64,000 nucleotides of DNA, taken from Alphaproteobacteria bacterium. GTDB taxonomy: Bacteria > Pseudomonadota > Alphaproteobacteria > JAQWUY01. The position numbers and the translations under genes are program-made. Location of the stretch: positions 79,275 through 143,274 of the forward strand of contig JAQWUY010000016.1 of assembly GCA_029250225.1 (NCBI GenBank). The letters run 5' to 3'. The notes under the pieces were generated by a model. The model had not been told where the DNA came from and ran no database searches. It saw nothing but the letters and a program-made list of their open reading frames with translations. This document shows positions 61,176-64,000 of this stretch, one piece after another (position 1 is the first letter of the stretch; every line of letters begins with the position of its first letter).

Positions 61176-62627
61176 ATGGAAAATCATGCAAGACCAAGTT
61201 TTATAATGGCTATATTTCCTATACTTGCCACAGTTTCGTTACTAATGTTACAATTATTCGTATATGAAGATTTTACACCTCATATACCAATTGCACTAGG
61301 TTTAGCGATTACCTGTTTAGTTGGATATTTTAATGGTTTTAAATGGGATGATATAGAAGACGGAATATTTCGTGTAATTAGCGTAGCATTGCCGTCTGTT
61401 TCAATATTATTAATTGTAGGTATGACAGTTGGTATCTGGATTGCATCAGGTACTGTTCCTTCTATGATATACTACGGGTTAAATATAATTAATCCTACAT
61501 ATTTCTTAGCAACATCTATGTTGTTATGTGCTTTTGTTTCTGTTTCTTTAGGTACATCTTGGGGTACGACCGGAACTGTCGGCCTTGCACTTATGGGAAT
61601 AGGTGCGGGTTTTGGTATTCCTCCATATTGGATTGCCGGTTCAGTTGTATCAGGAGCATTCTTTGGTGACAAAGTTTCACCATTATCTGATACTACAAAC
61701 TTGGCTCCTGCTGTTGCTGGTGTTGGTCTATTTGATCACATTAAAAATCTTTTACCAACTACAGTTCCTGCTATGTTGATAGCATTGACTATTTACCTGA
61801 TTGCAGGTTTTTCATTAGTTTCAGAAGAATCTTTTTCTTTAGATAAACTTAGTTTAATGACATCTACTCTTGAACAAAAAACAAATGTTTCAATTTTAAC
61901 ATTATTACCTATATTATTAGTAATAACTTTAGCTATTAAGAAATTTCCAGCAATTCCGGCACTATTTGCAGGTGTTGTTTTAGGTTCTATTATTGCAATG
62001 ATACAAGGTGTTTCATTCCATAATATTTTATCTTATGCATACGATGGTTACAAAATTGATACAGGTTTAGCTGAATTAGATAGCTTGTTAAATCGCGGTG
62101 GTATTACATCTATGAACTGGGTTATTACATTAGTTTTATTTGCCCTAGGTTTAGGTGGAGCATTGGAGCGTACCAAGTGTTTAGAAGTTATTATGGAAAA
62201 AGTCCTACAAAGAATTAAATCTTTTGCTGGATTACAAATTTTTGCAACCACTAGCTCTATATTAACAAATGGTATTTCAGGTGATGTATACTTATCTATT
62301 GCTTTACCAGGTCGTATGTTAGCGCCTGCGTATCGTGGAATGGGATATTCTACTAAAAACCTATCTCGTGCTATCGAGGAGGGTGGAACATTGATATCTC
62401 CTTTGATTCCTTGGAATGTTGGTGGTGCATTTGTTATGTCCGCACTAGGCTTGGGTATATCAGAAGGTAATTATGAAAACTTAATGTATATTCCATTATC
62501 TTTTGCTTGTTGGATTTCACCATTAATTGGTATGATTTATGCATTAACTGGTAAATTTAGCCCTAAGGCTACACCAGAAGAAAAAGAAAAATGGAAAAAT
62601 GATAAAGAAGAAGTTTTAAAATTATAA
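61176..62627 (+). CDS. nhaC: Na+/H+ antiporter NhaC family
   Basis: 483 aa polytopic protein. Blocks such as GTSWGTTGT, SGAFFGDKVSPLSDTTNLA and IEEGGTLISPLIPWN are typical of NhaC. Confidence 0.85.
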   Translation: MENHARPSFIMAIFPILATVSLLMLQLFVYEDFTPHIPIALGLAITCLVGYFNGFKWDDIEDGIFRVISVALPSVSILLIVGMTVGIWIASGTVPSMIYYGLNIINPTYFLATSMLLCAFVSVSLGTSWGTTGTVGLALMGIGAGFGIPPYWIAGSVVSGAFFGDKVSPLSDTTNLAPAVAGVGLFDHIKNLLPTTVPAMLIALTIYLIAGFSLVSEESFSLDKLSLMTSTLEQKTNVSILTLLPILLVITLAIKKFPAIPALFAGVVLGSIIAMIQGVSFHNILSYAYDGYKIDTGLAELDSLLNRGGITSMNWVITLVLFALGLGGALERTKCLEVIMEKVLQRIKSFAGLQIFATTSSILTNGISGDVYLSIALPGRMLAPAYRGMGYSTKNLSRAIEEGGTLISPLIPWNVGGAFVMSALGLGISEGNYENLMYIPLSFACWISPLIGMIYALTGKFSPKATPEEKEKWKNDKEEVLKL

Positions 62628-62649
62628 AAAATTATTCTTAACAACAATA

Positions 62650-62687
62650 AAAGCCCCTTTTTATAAAAGGGGCTTTTTTTTTTTTTG
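62650..62687 (+). terminator. Rho-independent terminator after nhaC (potentially bidirectional)
   Basis: AAAAGCCCCTTTT-TAT-AAAAGGGGCTTTT forms a 13-bp stem. A 13-T run follows (62675-62687) and an A-run precedes it. Confidence 0.8.
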
Positions 62688-62700
62688 AATTCATCGTATA

Positions 62701-62728
62701 TTAAAAAAGCCACTTCATAAGAAGTGGC
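62701..62728 (-). terminator. Rho-independent terminator of tRNA-Thr
   Basis: The hairpin is GCCACTTC-ATAA-GAAGTGGC (62709-62728). On the minus strand it is followed by TTTTTTAA, and it lies 7 nt downstream of the tRNA 3' end. Confidence 0.65.
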
Positions 62729-62735
62729 TGGTTTA

Positions 62736-62811
62736 TGGTGCCGACAGAGAGACTTGAACTCCCGACCCTCTGATTACAAATCAGATGCTCTACCAACTGA
62801 GCTATGTCGGC
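62736..62811 (-). tRNA. tRNA-Thr (anticodon UGU), CCA encoded
   Basis: The reverse complement is GCCGACATAGCTCAGTTGGTAGAGCATCTGATTTGTAATCAGAGGGTCGGGAGTTCAAGTCTCTCTGTCGGCACCA. It folds with acceptor GCCGACA/TGTCGGC, D arm GCTC/GAGC, anticodon stem TCTGA/TCAGA with loop TTTGTAA, and a T arm with TTCAAGT. Total 76 nt. Confidence 0.93.
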
Positions 62812-62899
62812 TTGACATTGAGAGATTTTTAACAAAAAAAAACTTATATTGCAAGTGTTTTTATGATAAATATAGAAAAATATTTATAAGGAGTACAAA

Positions 62900-63679
62900 A
62901 TGTTTATATTTAATGTTATTTTAGCAATAATAAAGATTTTATTGTTTTTTATTCTGACTCTATTTTTTTCTATTTTGGTATTAATTTCACCTATCCCTCA
63001 AAATCAACGTATTTTTTTATGCCGTGTTTGGGGTTGGTTAAGTCTTAAAGTGTTTTGTATTAAGTTAAATGTAGTTGGTGATTTATATAAAAACAAACAC
63101 CGCCCTATAATTATAATATCAAATCATTTTGGCTTAGCAGAAATACTAGCTATATTTTGTCTTTATCCTGCTCATTTTGTTGCAAAATCTGAAATGGCAA
63201 GTTGGGCATTAGTTGGTTGGTCGATGAGAAGAGCAGGTCAAATATTTATAAATCGAAAACGAAAAGATTCCAAAGATCATATTGATGCAGTTTTAAATTC
63301 ATTGAAGGAATATAAAAATATAGCTTTTTTCCCAGAGGGGACAACATCTGATTCATTGATTCTATTACCATTTAAAAGCACATTGTTTAGGTCTTTAAAC
63401 AAAGAGAACTTTATTATTTCTGCAACCATTCAACCTCTTGTAATTACATATACAAAAGTTTCAGGAAAAAAGATAACTCCTGAACAAAGAAAAAAATCTT
63501 CTTGGGGTAATAGCGTGGGTATGTTTGAATTCTTACTTAATATGTCTTTACTTCCAAGTGCTGAATTGACTGTAAAGGCATTACCACACATAAATGTTGA
63601 TGAACCTATTGAAGCTAGATTGTTAGTTGATAAATTACAGCACGATATGAATGCTGAATTTGTTAATTTAATAAAATAA
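62900..63679 (+). CDS. Lysophospholipid acyltransferase family protein (PlsC/OlsA-like)
   Basis: 259 aa with an N-terminal TM anchor, an acyltransferase block I variant SNHFGLAE (H-x4-E) and block III FFPEGTTS. Confidence 0.7.
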   Translation: MFIFNVILAIIKILLFFILTLFFSILVLISPIPQNQRIFLCRVWGWLSLKVFCIKLNVVGDLYKNKHRPIIIISNHFGLAEILAIFCLYPAHFVAKSEMASWALVGWSMRRAGQIFINRKRKDSKDHIDAVLNSLKEYKNIAFFPEGTTSDSLILLPFKSTLFRSLNKENFIISATIQPLVITYTKVSGKKITPEQRKKSSWGNSVGMFEFLLNMSLLPSAELTVKALPHINVDEPIEARLLVDKLQHDMNAEFVNLIK

Positions 63680-63683
63680 TAAT

Positions 63684-64000
63684 TTATTTATATTTATTAT
63701 ATCTATCTTGAATTTCTTGCGGGGCAAGGTGTAAATATCGTGTTAGCACTTTGGCTTGTTTATTTTTTAACATTATTTCTGCTAAGTCGCCTTGATTATT
63801 ATGGCATACTGATACATATCGTTTGTATCTATCGATATCAATGACTTTACAAGATACTTTTCGATTCCCTTTTTTTATTAATTTTATCATAAATGTTTTT
63901 GCTATCTTACCTTTTTTGGTATTAAGTTCTGGGGCATTAACTCCGAATATACGAACTTCATATTTTTTAAAATCATTACTACTAATTCGTAATGAATCTC
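63684..64000 (-). CDS. Thermonuclease (SNase-like) family protein; N-terminus beyond the right window edge
   Basis: The frame stays open upstream of the track Met. The reverse complement from 64000 reads ..NDFKKYEVRIFGVNAPELNTKKGKIAKTFMIKLIKKG..IDIDRYKRYVSVCHNNQGDLAEIMLKNKQAKV. VRIFGVNAPE and DRYKRYV..C are SNase-fold hallmarks. Confidence 0.7.
   Translation of the reverse strand, partial: DSLRISSNDFKKYEVRIFGVNAPELNTKKGKIAKTFMIKLIKKGNRKVSCKVIDIDRYKRYVSVCHNNQGDLAEIMLKNKQAKVLTRYLHLAPQEIQDRYNKYK

Overview
This is an AT-rich bacterial chromosome segment, roughly 30% GC by eye (not computed). It is densely coded and has many overlapping stop/start junctions (TAATG, ATGA). The housekeeping backbone looks alphaproteobacterial: lpd, ubiA, rsmE, GCS2-type gshA, thrC, a CNNM-aroB-aroK operon, xerD-accA, zapE, tsaC/sua5 and plsC. 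There is an unusually consolidated purine block (purA, guaB, purF-L-M-C-D-N-E-K). A TAXI-TRAP transporter is translationally coupled to L-2-hydroxyglutarate oxidase, and nhaC and two tRNAs, Leu(CAA) and Thr(UGU), are also present. Two accessory loci flank tRNA-Leu. On its 5' side is a stand-alone CAP12/Pycsar-type TIR-like protein with an unrecognisable N-terminal domain. On its 3' side is a ~22 kb yersiniabactin-type siderophore locus, with a TonB-dependent receptor gene followed by a tightly packed biosynthetic gene string. It encodes a TonB-dependent receptor, an HMWP2-like NRPS, an RhtX/FptX/YbtX-like MFS permease, an HMWP1-like PKS-NRPS, a YbtU-like reductase, a type II thioesterase and a PPTase. 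It has no salicylate synthase, aryl-AMP ligase, AraC regulator, ABC importer or integrase in the window. By-eye alignment also puts His where the KR catalytic Tyr normally sits. I saw no CRISPR array, rRNA, IS/transposase or prophage genes. All family assignments come from motif recognition by eye; no searches were run.
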